Origin: Dehalococcoidia bacterium
GTDB taxonomy: Bacteria > Chloroflexota > Dehalococcoidia > Lucifugimonadales > UBA1123
Direction: 5' to 3'
Length of the DNA: 64,000 nt
Assembly (NCBI GenBank): GCA_965202965.1
Contig: OZ241888.1
Span: 876,653 to 940,652 of the forward strand
Part shown: positions 35,704-44,379 of the stretch, piece after piece
Layout: each line of letters starts with the position of its first letter
How positions within the stretch are numbered: the stretch's first letter is position 1
The notes under the pieces: model-generated
Told to the model about the DNA's origin: nothing
Database searches by the model: none
Seen by the model: the letters and a program-made list of their open reading frames with translations, nothing else
Made by a program: the position numbers and the translations under genes

Positions 35704-37146
35704 CTATGCCCTCTGGAATTCGTGCGTGGCGGCTATCATCTGTAGAAGCTCCGCCACTCTCTCCCTGTTCTCGTCGCTCAGTTCGGGGTCCGCGACCAGT
35801 TCTCCGCCGCTCGCGGCGTAGTCCACCAGCGAAGCCCGCGTGTCGTCCGACACCGAGATCATGCCTATTTCGTCCAGGCAGCGGTCAACCAGTTCCGCCG
35901 GTCCGACGGACGAGCCGCCGTTCGTGGCGACGCGCTCTATGATAGACCTGACCCCGGGATGGTCGGTGTTGCCGAGCTGACTGGAAGCAAAGTTCAGCCT
36001 CTCGACGAACGTGCCTGTGTCTATCCACTCCAGGCCCTCGTGCCATCCCTCTACCGAGGGCGGGTTGATCAGGTACTGGCCCATCCAGGTCATCTGCAAC
36101 TGGCGGTCCACGATCTGGCGCTTCGGCCTGTGGAACTCGCCTGTGAGCCTAAGCACGCCGGTGACGATCTCGGCGGGGCTCTTGACGCGAGCGTACCAGG
36201 AGTCCTGCGACTTGAAGAAGTCGGACGTGAACAGCACATGAAGCATGTGGCCGATGTCGTAGTTGCTTTCGAAGTACGCTTTGGAGAGTATCTCGATGGC
36301 CTCCGGGTCCTGCGGCTCTACGTAGGGCCACTGCGGCACGGGCGGCTCGTCGGCGACGAAGAAGTGGTACATATGCCGCGCGATGAATGCCGCCGTAGCG
36401 GGCTGTCGGCAGATGATGTCAACTATCTCCTCGCCGTCGAAGTTGCCGCGCTGTCCCAGGAACTCCTTCTCGCCGTCGTCGTGGTCGTTCTCGTCGAACT
36501 CGAAGTGCCAAGAGATGCGTCCATACGGCCAGATCGAGTCGCGCTCCGCCCGGAGAGCCATGTACTCCCTGTTGCCGATAGTCCATCCGGTGAACGCGCG
36601 GGACGCCTCCTTGATGTCGTCTTCGGAGTAGTTGCCCACGCCCATCGAGAACAGTTCCAGCAACTCCCTGCCGAAGTTCTCGTTGATCGCACCTTTGTGG
36701 TTGTCGTGATTGTCCAGCCACACGATCATGGACGGGTCTCTGGCGAGTTCTAAGAGGAGTGTCTTGAAACTCCCCATGCCGTAGCGTCGGAACATCCTGA
36801 TCTGGTCGCTCAACACCTTGCCGTTCGTTATCTTGGGGTAGCCGGTGGCGAAGATCCCATGCCAGAAAAGCGACATCTTCTCTTGCAGCGCGTCGGTGGA
36901 CGTCGCCATCTTGTACAGCCAGTAGGAGCCCGGGCTTATCTGCCCCATCATGCCGGACTGCTCGTGGTGATAGCGTCGGATGAGGTCGTCGCCCATCTCG
37001 CTGCGAGAGCCGGGATTCAGAAGTTCGCGGACGGTCTCTTCGTAGCCCTTCTCCGCATACGCTTCGAGCTGACTCCGGTTCGCGCCGAACCCGGCGCGCC
37101 TCATCAGGTGTGCCATCAATTGCAGGTCTGCCGTTGCCGTCGTCAT
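35704..37146 (-). CDS. DUF1800 family protein, cassette 1
   Basis: AHLMRRAGFGA N-terminal motif, then MSLFWHGIFAT and NENFGRELLELFSMGVGNY motifs characteristic of DUF1800. Confidence 0.8.
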   Translation of the reverse strand: MTTATADLQLMAHLMRRAGFGANRSQLEAYAEKGYEETVRELLNPGSRSEMGDDLIRRYHHEQSGMMGQISPGSYWLYKMATSTDALQEKMSLFWHGIFATGYPKITNGKVLSDQIRMFRRYGMGSFKTLLLELARDPSMIVWLDNHDNHKGAINENFGRELLELFSMGVGNYSEDDIKEASRAFTGWTIGNREYMALRAERDSIWPYGRISWHFEFDENDHDDGEKEFLGQRGNFDGEEIVDIICRQPATAAFIARHMYHFFVADEPPVPQWPYVEPQDPEAIEILSKAYFESNYDIGHMLHVLFTSDFFKSQDSWYARVKSPAEIVTGVLRLTGEFHRPKRQIVDRQLQMTWMGQYLINPPSVEGWHEGLEWIDTGTFVERLNFASSQLGNTDHPGVRSIIERVATNGGSSVGPAELVDRCLDEIGMISVSDDTRASLVDYAASGGELVADPELSDENRERVAELLQMIAATHEFQRA

Positions 37147-37497
37147 CTTCTGCGCCTCCCTCTATTCGCTTTGTAAATTATGATCTCTTTTACGTTTCTG
37201 CCGCTCCGTTGGGATTCTCGGACCCGAATCCCTGCCAACGGATGGAATCGGTACGTAGTTTGCCTTATATGTAAGGCAAATATACCACATATTGCGGAAT
37301 GTGGAAGGGGCTGATTTGGGTGAGAGAATGTTTCATCAGCCCTGGTTGCTCAACTCATAGATGAATCTGGGCGGGAACCCCGTGCGCCTCCGTGTTCGAA
37401 CCGGACTCCGATGCATCTGTCCGTCTTTGTCAACTCTTTGCCAACGATGCTACACTGCCTTCAAGTTATGAAATCTGGACCGCGGGGAGGGAATGCT

Positions 37498-37722
37498 ATG
37501 TTGACCGAGACCTCAGACATTTCCAACGACACATCCGAGATTCGCTTCCTCACAGAAGAAGAAGACCTCGCAATGAAGGAGAAATTGGCCCAGAAGCGCT
37601 TCGGTATGAGCTTGGACCAATTTAGAGAGGCGTGGCAGTCGGGGCAATTCGACGACGATGAAGAGAGGCACAACGAGGTAGTCAGTCTTGCGATGATGCT
37701 GCCCGAATACTGGACCGATTGA
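37498..37722 (+). CDS. Small acidic hypothetical protein (74 aa)
   Basis: A GGGGAGGGA RBS lies 7 nt upstream of the ATG at 37498. The stop TGA overlaps the ATG of the next ORF (TGATG). Low-GC islet. Confidence 0.4.
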   Translation: MLTETSDISNDTSEIRFLTEEEDLAMKEKLAQKRFGMSLDQFREAWQSGQFDDDEERHNEVVSLAMMLPEYWTD

Positions 37723-38207
37723 TGGTCGGCAAGTCCTCCCTGCACACATTAGATGACTACATTCGAGGCATTCGGTTGCTCTTATCGTGCGTCACCCGGT
37801 ATGTGGCAGTCCCGATTAACCGCGACAGCCAAAATTACGTGACTATCAACTACGGGAATCACGTAGCGCTCGGCGTCTCATCAAGATTCAGTCTTGAGTA
37901 CCAACAGAATTACACTGTCGACGAATCCGGGATCGAGACCAGTGGATACATTTACACAGTCTTTGATAACCGGACACAGCAAGTCCTGAACTATCACTGG
38001 CATCCTGGAGGAAGAAGCCACATCGTCACACCTCACCTGCACCTCAAGCAGGGTGCGCGGGTCGGCTTGCCCGAAGTCCGCGACGCTCACCTACCCACGG
38101 GCTACGTCACCCTCAGCGCATTCTTGGAGTTCCTCATCCGCGACTTTGGAGTAGCGCCTCTCCGCGACGACTGGCAGTCCATCCTCAGCGCTAACACGGA
38201 CTTATGA
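37722..38207 (+). CDS. Hypothetical protein with His-rich motif YHWHPGGRSHIVTPHLH
   Basis: 161-aa ORF translationally coupled to the upstream small ORF. No domain recognised. Confidence 0.45.
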   Translation: MVGKSSLHTLDDYIRGIRLLLSCVTRYVAVPINRDSQNYVTINYGNHVALGVSSRFSLEYQQNYTVDESGIETSGYIYTVFDNRTQQVLNYHWHPGGRSHIVTPHLHLKQGARVGLPEVRDAHLPTGYVTLSAFLEFLIRDFGVAPLRDDWQSILSANTDL

Positions 38208-38308
38208 TCTCCCCTCAGTCCATTCCGACGTTAGGGGAACTTTGACATTTCGTTGACACCCATCTTGTCCATAGTTAGCATGACCCCGAACTCGACCTGA
38301 CTAACCGA

Positions 38309-39124
38309 ATGGGAAGCGTGGCGCACATGACCACTCCAACGCATGAACGAAAACCGAGACTCGGCGGAAAGGTTGCCATTGTGACTGGCGCGGGCGCGCG
38401 CGGCGACATCGTTGGCAATGGTCAGGCGACGTCAATCCTGTTCGCATACGAAGGGGCGAAGGTCTTGCTCGTGGACAACGATGAGGAGCGCGTCAAGGGC
38501 ACCTTGGATGCAATCGAGTCACACGGCGGAACTGCGTCCGTGTTCATCGGCGACGTGACCTCCGCCGAATCCTGCCGCGACATGGTACGGACGGCGCTGG
38601 ACCGCTACGGCAGACTGGACATCCTCCACAACAACGTTGGCATCGGCGGCGCGGGCACCGTCGTCGAGGTGACCGAAGATGTTTGGGACAGCGTGATGGA
38701 GGTCAATGTAAAGTCCATGATGCTCACCGGGAAATACGCCATCCCCGCGATGGCCGAGACCGGCGGAGGCTCCATCATCAACATATCCTCGATTTCTGCG
38801 ATCAGACCTCGCGGACTCACCGCCTACACCGTGTCCAAGGGCGGAGTCATAGCGCTCACACACGGTATGGCGATAGACCACGCCGCGCAGGGCATTCGCG
38901 TCAACTGCATCCTGCCTGGCCCGGTCTATTCCTCGATGGTCGCGCCGGGAATGTCCGACGAGCGCAGGGACACGCGCCGCAGTTCCTCGCCTCTCGGCGT
39001 GGAGGGCACGCCCTGGGATATAGCATGGGCTGCCGTTTACCTCGCCAGCGACGAATCCAAGTGGGTGACCGGCGTCGCCTTCCCCGTGGATGGCGGCGTC
39101 ACCCTCGTCAGCCCGCCCCGCTGA
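38309..39124 (+). CDS. SDR-family oxidoreductase
   Basis: GKVAIVTGAGARGDIVG, NNVGI and Y..SKGG catalytic motifs. An alternative start lies at 38327. Confidence 0.9.
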   Translation: MGSVAHMTTPTHERKPRLGGKVAIVTGAGARGDIVGNGQATSILFAYEGAKVLLVDNDEERVKGTLDAIESHGGTASVFIGDVTSAESCRDMVRTALDRYGRLDILHNNVGIGGAGTVVEVTEDVWDSVMEVNVKSMMLTGKYAIPAMAETGGGSIINISSISAIRPRGLTAYTVSKGGVIALTHGMAIDHAAQGIRVNCILPGPVYSSMVAPGMSDERRDTRRSSSPLGVEGTPWDIAWAAVYLASDESKWVTGVAFPVDGGVTLVSPPR

Positions 39125-39186
39125 CCGCCTCAAGACTCAATTGCAATTCACGCGACAATACTGCTGAACTTAGAACCCCCCGGTAG

Positions 39187-40164
39187 ATGGACGGTATTCA
39201 GATGCGCACGATAGACATACACGCACACATCTCTCCCGAAGCATTCGTCGCCTCCGTGGAGTCCGGCGAGGACTGGCACGGCATCACCGCCGAGGCGGTT
39301 CCGGCTCACCGGCATAATCCACGCACTATGTGGACCCCGGAAGAACGCCTCGCCGACATGGACTCTCTTGGCGTTGACGTGCAGGTCCTTTCGACGAACG
39401 CGGTCCTGTACAACTACGACAAGGACGCCGAAGCGACTGTGGCAATGGCGCGCGACTGTAACGATTACATCTCGCAGCTAACGAAAGACCACCCCAGCCG
39501 CTTCTCCGGACTCGCCACACTGCCCCTGCAGGACGTTCCCGCCGCGATTGATGAATTGGAGCGCAGCATCACCCAGCTTCGTATGAAGGGCGCGATGATC
39601 GGCGACCACGTGAACGGTCGCACGTTCGACGAGCCGGAGTTCCTGCCCTTCTGGAAGGCCGCCGAACAGCTTGGCGCGTTCATCCTGATTCACCAGGGAG
39701 GCCCTACCATCGTCAGCCCGCGCTCCGGCAAGTACCACCTGCCCAACACGATAGGAAATTTGGCGGACCGCGCAGTCACCTTTGCGTCGTTCGTGTACGG
39801 CGGTGTGATGGACGCCTGCCCCGATCTCAGGATATGCCTGTCTCACGGCGGTGGCTACACCTGCTTCGGCATCGGCAGGATGGACCGCGGGTGGCGGGTG
39901 CGACCCGAGGCTAGGGTGAATATCACCCAGCCGCCGAGCGCATATCTGAATCGCTTCTACTACGACACCATAACCCACAGCGAACAGGCGCTCCGATATG
40001 TCATAGACTCGGTCGGAATAGACCGCGTAGTGTTCGGCACCGACTGGCCCTACGACATGTGCGAGGATTGGCCCGTCTCCTGGATTCTGGGCCTCGAAAG
40101 TCTGACTCAGGAAGAGAAGGAAATGATCCTGTGGAAGAATCTCGAGGGACTGCTGGGGGTTTAA
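39187..40164 (+). CDS. Amidohydrolase_2 family metal-dependent hydrolase/decarboxylase (ACMSD-like)
   Basis: IDIHAHISPE (HxH) and a C-terminal VVFGTDWPYD motif. An alternative start lies at 39202. Confidence 0.85.
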   Translation: MDGIQMRTIDIHAHISPEAFVASVESGEDWHGITAEAVPAHRHNPRTMWTPEERLADMDSLGVDVQVLSTNAVLYNYDKDAEATVAMARDCNDYISQLTKDHPSRFSGLATLPLQDVPAAIDELERSITQLRMKGAMIGDHVNGRTFDEPEFLPFWKAAEQLGAFILIHQGGPTIVSPRSGKYHLPNTIGNLADRAVTFASFVYGGVMDACPDLRICLSHGGGYTCFGIGRMDRGWRVRPEARVNITQPPSAYLNRFYYDTITHSEQALRYVIDSVGIDRVVFGTDWPYDMCEDWPVSWILGLESLTQEEKEMILWKNLEGLLGV

Positions 40165-40214
40165 CCTTTGTCCATCGCCTGAATCATCGAGAACACGGAG
40201 GAAAGTAAACCGAT

Positions 40215-41003
40215 ATGACTAACAGACTTGCCGGCCAGGTAGCGATAGTAACCGGAGGAAACAGCGGAATCGGCGAGGGTACTGCCCACCTGTTCGCCCA
40301 GGAAGGCGCAAAGGTCGCTCTACTCGCTCGTCGCGAGAAGGAAGGACACGCTGTCGAAAAGGCGATTAGAGACAAGGGTGGAGAGGCGCTGTTCGTAAGT
40401 TGCGACGTTTCCGACCGCCAACAGGTGGACGCTGCCGTCCAGAGGGTAGTTGACGAATACGGCCGGATAGACGTGCTTTTCAACAACGCCGGCGGCGGAG
40501 ACCGGGGGAACTTCCCCAACGAGGAAGACGACGGCTGGAATAGGGTGATCTCAGTGAATCTTACGGGCACCTTCTATATGTGCAGGGCGGTGTGGCCCCA
40601 CATGATCGCCGGTGGTGGGGGCAGGATCGTCAATATGTCCTCTGTCGCCGCGGTCAGGGGATTCAGCAAGAAGATGTACGACCTCGTCGGCAGATACCCC
40701 TCCGCTTCTTACTATGCGGCCAAGGCGGGCGTGGACGCCTTCACACGCTATGCCGCCAGCATGGGCGGTCAGCACAACATCCGCGTGAACTGCGTCCGGC
40801 CGGGCCAGATTATCACGCCACTGACCGACGTTGGCGGAGGACATCACAGCTTGGAGGCTATGTTTGATTCTATCCAGATTCTGGACGGAGTCGGCTACCC
40901 CGAAGATGTGGGGAATCTCGTGCTCTTCCTGGTTTCCGACGAGTCCAGATTCATAACCGGCGAGATAGTCAACGTGGACGGCGGAATGCCCGGCAAACTG
41001 TGA
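40215..41003 (+). CDS. SDR-family oxidoreductase
   Basis: GQVAIVTGGNSGIG, NNAGG and YYAAKAG catalytic motifs. A GGAGGAAAG RBS is present. Confidence 0.9.
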   Translation: MTNRLAGQVAIVTGGNSGIGEGTAHLFAQEGAKVALLARREKEGHAVEKAIRDKGGEALFVSCDVSDRQQVDAAVQRVVDEYGRIDVLFNNAGGGDRGNFPNEEDDGWNRVISVNLTGTFYMCRAVWPHMIAGGGGRIVNMSSVAAVRGFSKKMYDLVGRYPSASYYAAKAGVDAFTRYAASMGGQHNIRVNCVRPGQIITPLTDVGGGHHSLEAMFDSIQILDGVGYPEDVGNLVLFLVSDESRFITGEIVNVDGGMPGKL

Positions 41004-41064
41004 AACTCAACCTGAATCAGCTCTGCCTGATGGAGCTGGCCGAGCGCCTGGTTGAGATACCAAT

Positions 41065-41424
41065 TCAGCGAGTGCCAGCTTCGGTGGCAGTCAGAGCTGA
41101 ATCAAGGTCTGGATAAATTGGCATCAGGTTGTTGAAGCCTATCGTCTCGAACACTTCGAATATGTAAGGCTTCAGATTGCAGATGCAGAGGCTGCGATTG
41201 GCGATTTCCATTCGCCTTGAGAGTACCAGGAAGGCGCGGAGGCCGGCCGTGCTCAGGTAAGTGACGTCCGATGCGTCAATTATGACATCCTGCCTGCTTC
41301 TTGCCACGATTTTCAGAGTTTCATCGTGGAAGCCGTCCGCGGTCAGTACGCTTATGCGCCCCTCGGCCTTCAGCACTAGCGCCGGGCCATCAAACTCAGC
41401 AACTTCAATCTTCACGATACGCAT
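41065..41424 (-). CDS. STAS-domain protein (anti-sigma-factor antagonist, SpoIIAA-like)
   Basis: 119 aa. The IIDASDVTYLSTAGLRAFLVL motif contains the conserved Ser/Thr position. Confidence 0.8.
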   Translation of the reverse strand: MRIVKIEVAEFDGPALVLKAEGRISVLTADGFHDETLKIVARSRQDVIIDASDVTYLSTAGLRAFLVLSRRMEIANRSLCICNLKPYIFEVFETIGFNNLMPIYPDLDSALTATEAGTR

Positions 41425-41435
41425 TCCTTTACAAA

Positions 41436-41465
41436 GGGGGCTTTCTCACTGGGGGCTTTCTCACT
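41436..41465. repeat. Perfect tandem 15-mer x2 (gggggctttctcact)
   Basis: gggggctttctcactgggggctttctcact lies between the methyltransferase stop (41490) and the STAS start (41424). Confidence 0.9.
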
Positions 41466-41489
41466 GAATGATACAGGCGCTGAAGGCGT

Positions 41490-42323
41490 CTAACGCTTGA
41501 TTCCGAGCGCCCGGACGCCGGGAAGGGAGAAGTAGGCGTCCGGGTGGGCGGCCCATTCGCGCATTCCGGCGCGCACGGCGTCAAGCTCGGACTCGCTGGT
41601 TATTCCCAGTTCTACGGATTCGCGGAACAGGGGGATGTTGTCGAGCCAGGAGATGAATCGCTCGGCGGTTATGACGGTCGTGTCTCCGAATGCGTTGGAC
41701 ACCTGGTTGCGGACTTCGATGACGTCGAAACCCGCCTCCCGCATATAGGCTCCCAGATAGCGGCCCCGCTTCAGGGAGCCGCCGATGCGGTTGAAACCGC
41801 CCTCGAACAGCTCGAAGAACTTGCTGAATCCCTCGCTCTCAGGGACGATGAACGGGAAGGTCCAATCGGTTTTGACTAAGCCGGCCAGTCCGCCCGGCTT
41901 GGCCACCCGGTGGAGTTCTCTCAACGCCCGCACAGGGTCTGAGAGATGCTCCGTCACCGAGTGCGAGAAAACGACGTCGAACTCGCCATCCTCAAAGGGC
42001 AGGTCGTAGATGTCCCCCACTCTGAACTCGACGTTCTGGACGCCCTCCTCGGCGGCCAGACGCGCGGCCTGCTCGATCATTGCGGGCTCGATGTCCGCGC
42101 CTACTACACGTCCGGGGGCGACCGCATCGGCGAGGCCGAAGGTTATCGCGCCCGGGCCGCAGCCGCAGTCAAGGAGGCTCATGCCGGGCTTCAGGTGAGG
42201 CAGGATGAAGCCGGCCTCGACTTCGATGTCGCGACCGGTGTAGCTGTCCTGCACGTCGGAGGAGTCGTAACCGTAAAACGACCTGCCATTTATCTCAGGG
42301 CGTCCGGTGGCTTCCTCAGTCAT
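41490..42323 (-). CDS. Class I SAM-dependent methyltransferase
   Basis: Motif I LLDCGCGPGAIT, then FDVVFSHSVTEHL. Confidence 0.8.
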   Translation of the reverse strand: MTEEATGRPEINGRSFYGYDSSDVQDSYTGRDIEVEAGFILPHLKPGMSLLDCGCGPGAITFGLADAVAPGRVVGADIEPAMIEQAARLAAEEGVQNVEFRVGDIYDLPFEDGEFDVVFSHSVTEHLSDPVRALRELHRVAKPGGLAGLVKTDWTFPFIVPESEGFSKFFELFEGGFNRIGGSLKRGRYLGAYMREAGFDVIEVRNQVSNAFGDTTVITAERFISWLDNIPLFRESVELGITSESELDAVRAGMREWAAHPDAYFSLPGVRALGIKR

Positions 42324-42354
42324 GTGGGGGACTCGTCCTTTCTGGTTTGGGTAA

Positions 42355-42939
42355 TTACTCTATTCCGAGTTCCTCGCGCAGTTCGTTGATCGTCTGAGCG
42401 CGTCCGCGAGTAGGTCTTCGCTCTCGCAGTCCGATGGGAAGGTTCTGAACTTCAGGCTCTATCTTGATGGCGACGAATACGGGGCCTTCCTGCTCCATTA
42501 TCTCCCCGACGCTGGTGCTGAACTCTTCCAGATCGTCGAAGTTGTACGCGGCGGCGTAGCCTGCGCCCTTGGCCATCATTGCGTAATCTATTTCCTGGGA
42601 GTTGGGTACGGGCTGTCCGCCGGTGGTGGCGTAGCACTCGTTGTCGAGCAGGAAGTGGTAGAAGTTGGCTGGTTTCTTGCCTGCTATCGAGGCGATAGCT
42701 CCGAGGTTCATGAGCAGCGAACCCTCGGCGTCGAACAGCACCACCTTCTCGTCCGGCAGCCCTAGCGCGAGTCCGAACGCGGCGGACGTGGTCTGTCCCA
42801 TCGCACCGCCCAGGGAGATGTCGCGCTTCTCGTTGGTGCTAACGTCCATCCAGTGCCGTCCGGCGGTGCCGGCGGCGCTGACTATCGCGTCTCCGCGATG
42901 TTCCTGAAATGCCTTGAATACATCTACTGGATCAATCAA
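42355..42939 (-). CDS. ThDP-dependent decarboxylase, beta (pyrophosphate-binding) subunit; sulfopyruvate/phosphonopyruvate decarboxylase-like
   Basis: GAMGQTTSAAFGLALG...LFDAEGSLLMNLG...LLDNECYATTGGQ ThDP motif. The start is reassigned to the TTG at 42939, preceded by GGAGG plus a 9-nt spacer. The longer ORF-track ORF would overlap the alpha subunit by 116 nt. Confidence 0.7.
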   Translation of the reverse strand: MIDPVDVFKAFQEHRGDAIVSAAGTAGRHWMDVSTNEKRDISLGGAMGQTTSAAFGLALGLPDEKVVLFDAEGSLLMNLGAIASIAGKKPANFYHFLLDNECYATTGGQPVPNSQEIDYAMMAKGAGYAAAYNFDDLEEFSTSVGEIMEQEGPVFVAIKIEPEVQNLPIGLRERRPTRGRAQTINELREELGIE

Positions 42940-43012
42940 TCGAAATAACCTCCATTGAAGTAGGTCTGTGTCTAGAGTCGTTAGATTCAGGCGTTGACTT
43001 TCGCTTATGTCT

Positions 43013-43531
43013 TTATCTATTGAAGCCGTGATACTCGTCGCCGACCAGAATAGCAACAGGCTTATTCGTTGCCCTGGCTTCTTCGAAGGCGACGGAGATG
43101 CGGTCGCCATCCTCGTTCTGCTCGACAAGGTAGTAGTTGATGCCGAACGCGGTCAGGAAGGGCTCGGTGTACTTTGCTACCGAGTCGGTGATGATGCCCC
43201 TTCGGTTCCATCCCCTGTATCCGATAATCATAACGAGCGGGAAACCGGCGTCTATGGCCATTCCGCGAATCGAGTCGCCGGACTCCAACATTCCGGTGTT
43301 CTGCACCAACACCACCGGCACCTTGCCGGCGATGTTCAGGCCGAGCGCGGTACCCCAAGCCTCGCCCTCACGCGAGACGGGAACCACATCCAGCCACTCC
43401 TGGACCTCCATGAGCTCGTACAGGTAGTTCGTTTCGCTGTCTGGTATAGTTACGACGTGAGTCACGCCGTTCTTCTTGAACTCTTCGACCATGGTCTCCG
43501 GTCTGAGAATTGCGGCCTGCTGATGTACCAT
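43013..43531 (-). CDS. ThDP-dependent decarboxylase, alpha (pyrimidine-binding) subunit; sulfopyruvate decarboxylase ComD-like
   Basis: 172 aa. VTHVVTIPDSETNYLYE...VPVSREGEAWGTALG...VLVQNTGMLESGDSIR resembles the N-terminal ThDP-enzyme domain of split decarboxylases. A GGAGGA RBS is present. Confidence 0.75.
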   Translation of the reverse strand: MVHQQAAILRPETMVEEFKKNGVTHVVTIPDSETNYLYELMEVQEWLDVVPVSREGEAWGTALGLNIAGKVPVVLVQNTGMLESGDSIRGMAIDAGFPLVMIIGYRGWNRRGIITDSVAKYTEPFLTAFGINYYLVEQNEDGDRISVAFEEARATNKPVAILVGDEYHGFNR

Positions 43532-43619
43532 TCGTGTTCCTCCATAAATTATGATGGACTGTGGGTAGCTTGATGTTCTTGGTCGGATGTTATCACATTA
43601 ACAAGGACTTTTTTTGTCT

Positions 43620-43647
43620 TTGAACCAATGTCGTCGTATTTTATACT
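43620..43647 (+). promoter_or_regulatory. Sigma70-like promoter candidate for the AIM24 triplet operon
   Basis: TTGAAC (43620-43625), a 16-nt spacer, then TATACT (43642-43647). A GAGGAG RBS lies 8 nt before the TTG start at 43688. Confidence 0.45.
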
Positions 43648-43687
43648 GGTGACGCATTGACAATCGAGGCCCCGAGGAGCAGGTACT

Positions 43688-44341
43688 TTGGAATATACCA
43701 TAGAAGGCAATCCTGACTATGGACATCTGGTTGTCAACCTGGACCCAGACGATACTTTCGTCGCCGAGGGCGGTTCGATGGCGTGGATGTCCGATGGAAC
43801 CCGGATCAGCGCCAGGCTGCTGGGTGGGTTCGCGCGGGCGTTTGTGAGAAAGATAGTCGGTGGAGAGTCGCTCTTCGTTGGGGAGTTCAGCCATCCTGAG
43901 GGTGGTCAGGTATCGTTTTCGCCTGCCGTTCCGGGCACGGTTCATCACCGCCGGGTGAACAACGACACACTGATTCTGACCGGTGGATCGTTCATGGCGT
44001 GCACTCCGGGCGTGAAGCTTGGCACGCAGTTCGGCGGTCTCAGGTCCATGTTTTCGGGCGAGGGTCTATTCTTCATAGAGTGCAGCGGAATGGGCGATCT
44101 GTTCTTCAACACCTACGGCGCTCTGATCGAGAAAGACGTTGTTGGCGACCTGACCGTGGACACGGGGCATGTAGTAGCCTGGGAGCCTACGCTCAGGTAC
44201 ACGATCCGAGGAATGGGCGGCCTGAAGAGCACGCTTCTTTCCGGCGAGGGGCTGGCGATGAATTTCAGCGGAGTAGGCAAGATATATCTACAGTCGCGAA
44301 CGATGCCCTCACTCGCAGGATGGCTCGCGCCATTTGGCTGA
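43688..44341 (+). CDS. AIM24/DUF124 (TIGR00266) family protein, paralog 1
   Basis: MEYTIEGNPDYGHLVVNL...AEGGSMAWMS...GGESLF...SGEGLFF...VDTGHVVAW...YLQS pattern. TTG start with a GAGGAG RBS. Confidence 0.8.
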   Translation: MEYTIEGNPDYGHLVVNLDPDDTFVAEGGSMAWMSDGTRISARLLGGFARAFVRKIVGGESLFVGEFSHPEGGQVSFSPAVPGTVHHRRVNNDTLILTGGSFMACTPGVKLGTQFGGLRSMFSGEGLFFIECSGMGDLFFNTYGALIEKDVVGDLTVDTGHVVAWEPTLRYTIRGMGGLKSTLLSGEGLAMNFSGVGKIYLQSRTMPSLAGWLAPFG

Positions 44342-44379
44342 TTACCCGCTGTATCGTCTTAAGTGGGGAGTAGAGACCA

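Noticed and set aside
42940-43128. 5' extension of the ThDP beta-subunit ORF (ORF-track start 43128)
   Set aside because: The extension would overlap the alpha-subunit gene by 116 nt and encodes a Ser/Thr/Pro-rich non-homologous N-terminus. An internal TTG at 42939 with a GGAGG RBS gives a canonical-length beta subunit.
41065-43531. Phosphonate biosynthesis cluster, suggested by the phosphonopyruvate-decarboxylase-like split ThDP enzyme
   Set aside because: There is no PEP mutase or other phosphonate genes in the window. I kept only a generic split-decarboxylase call.
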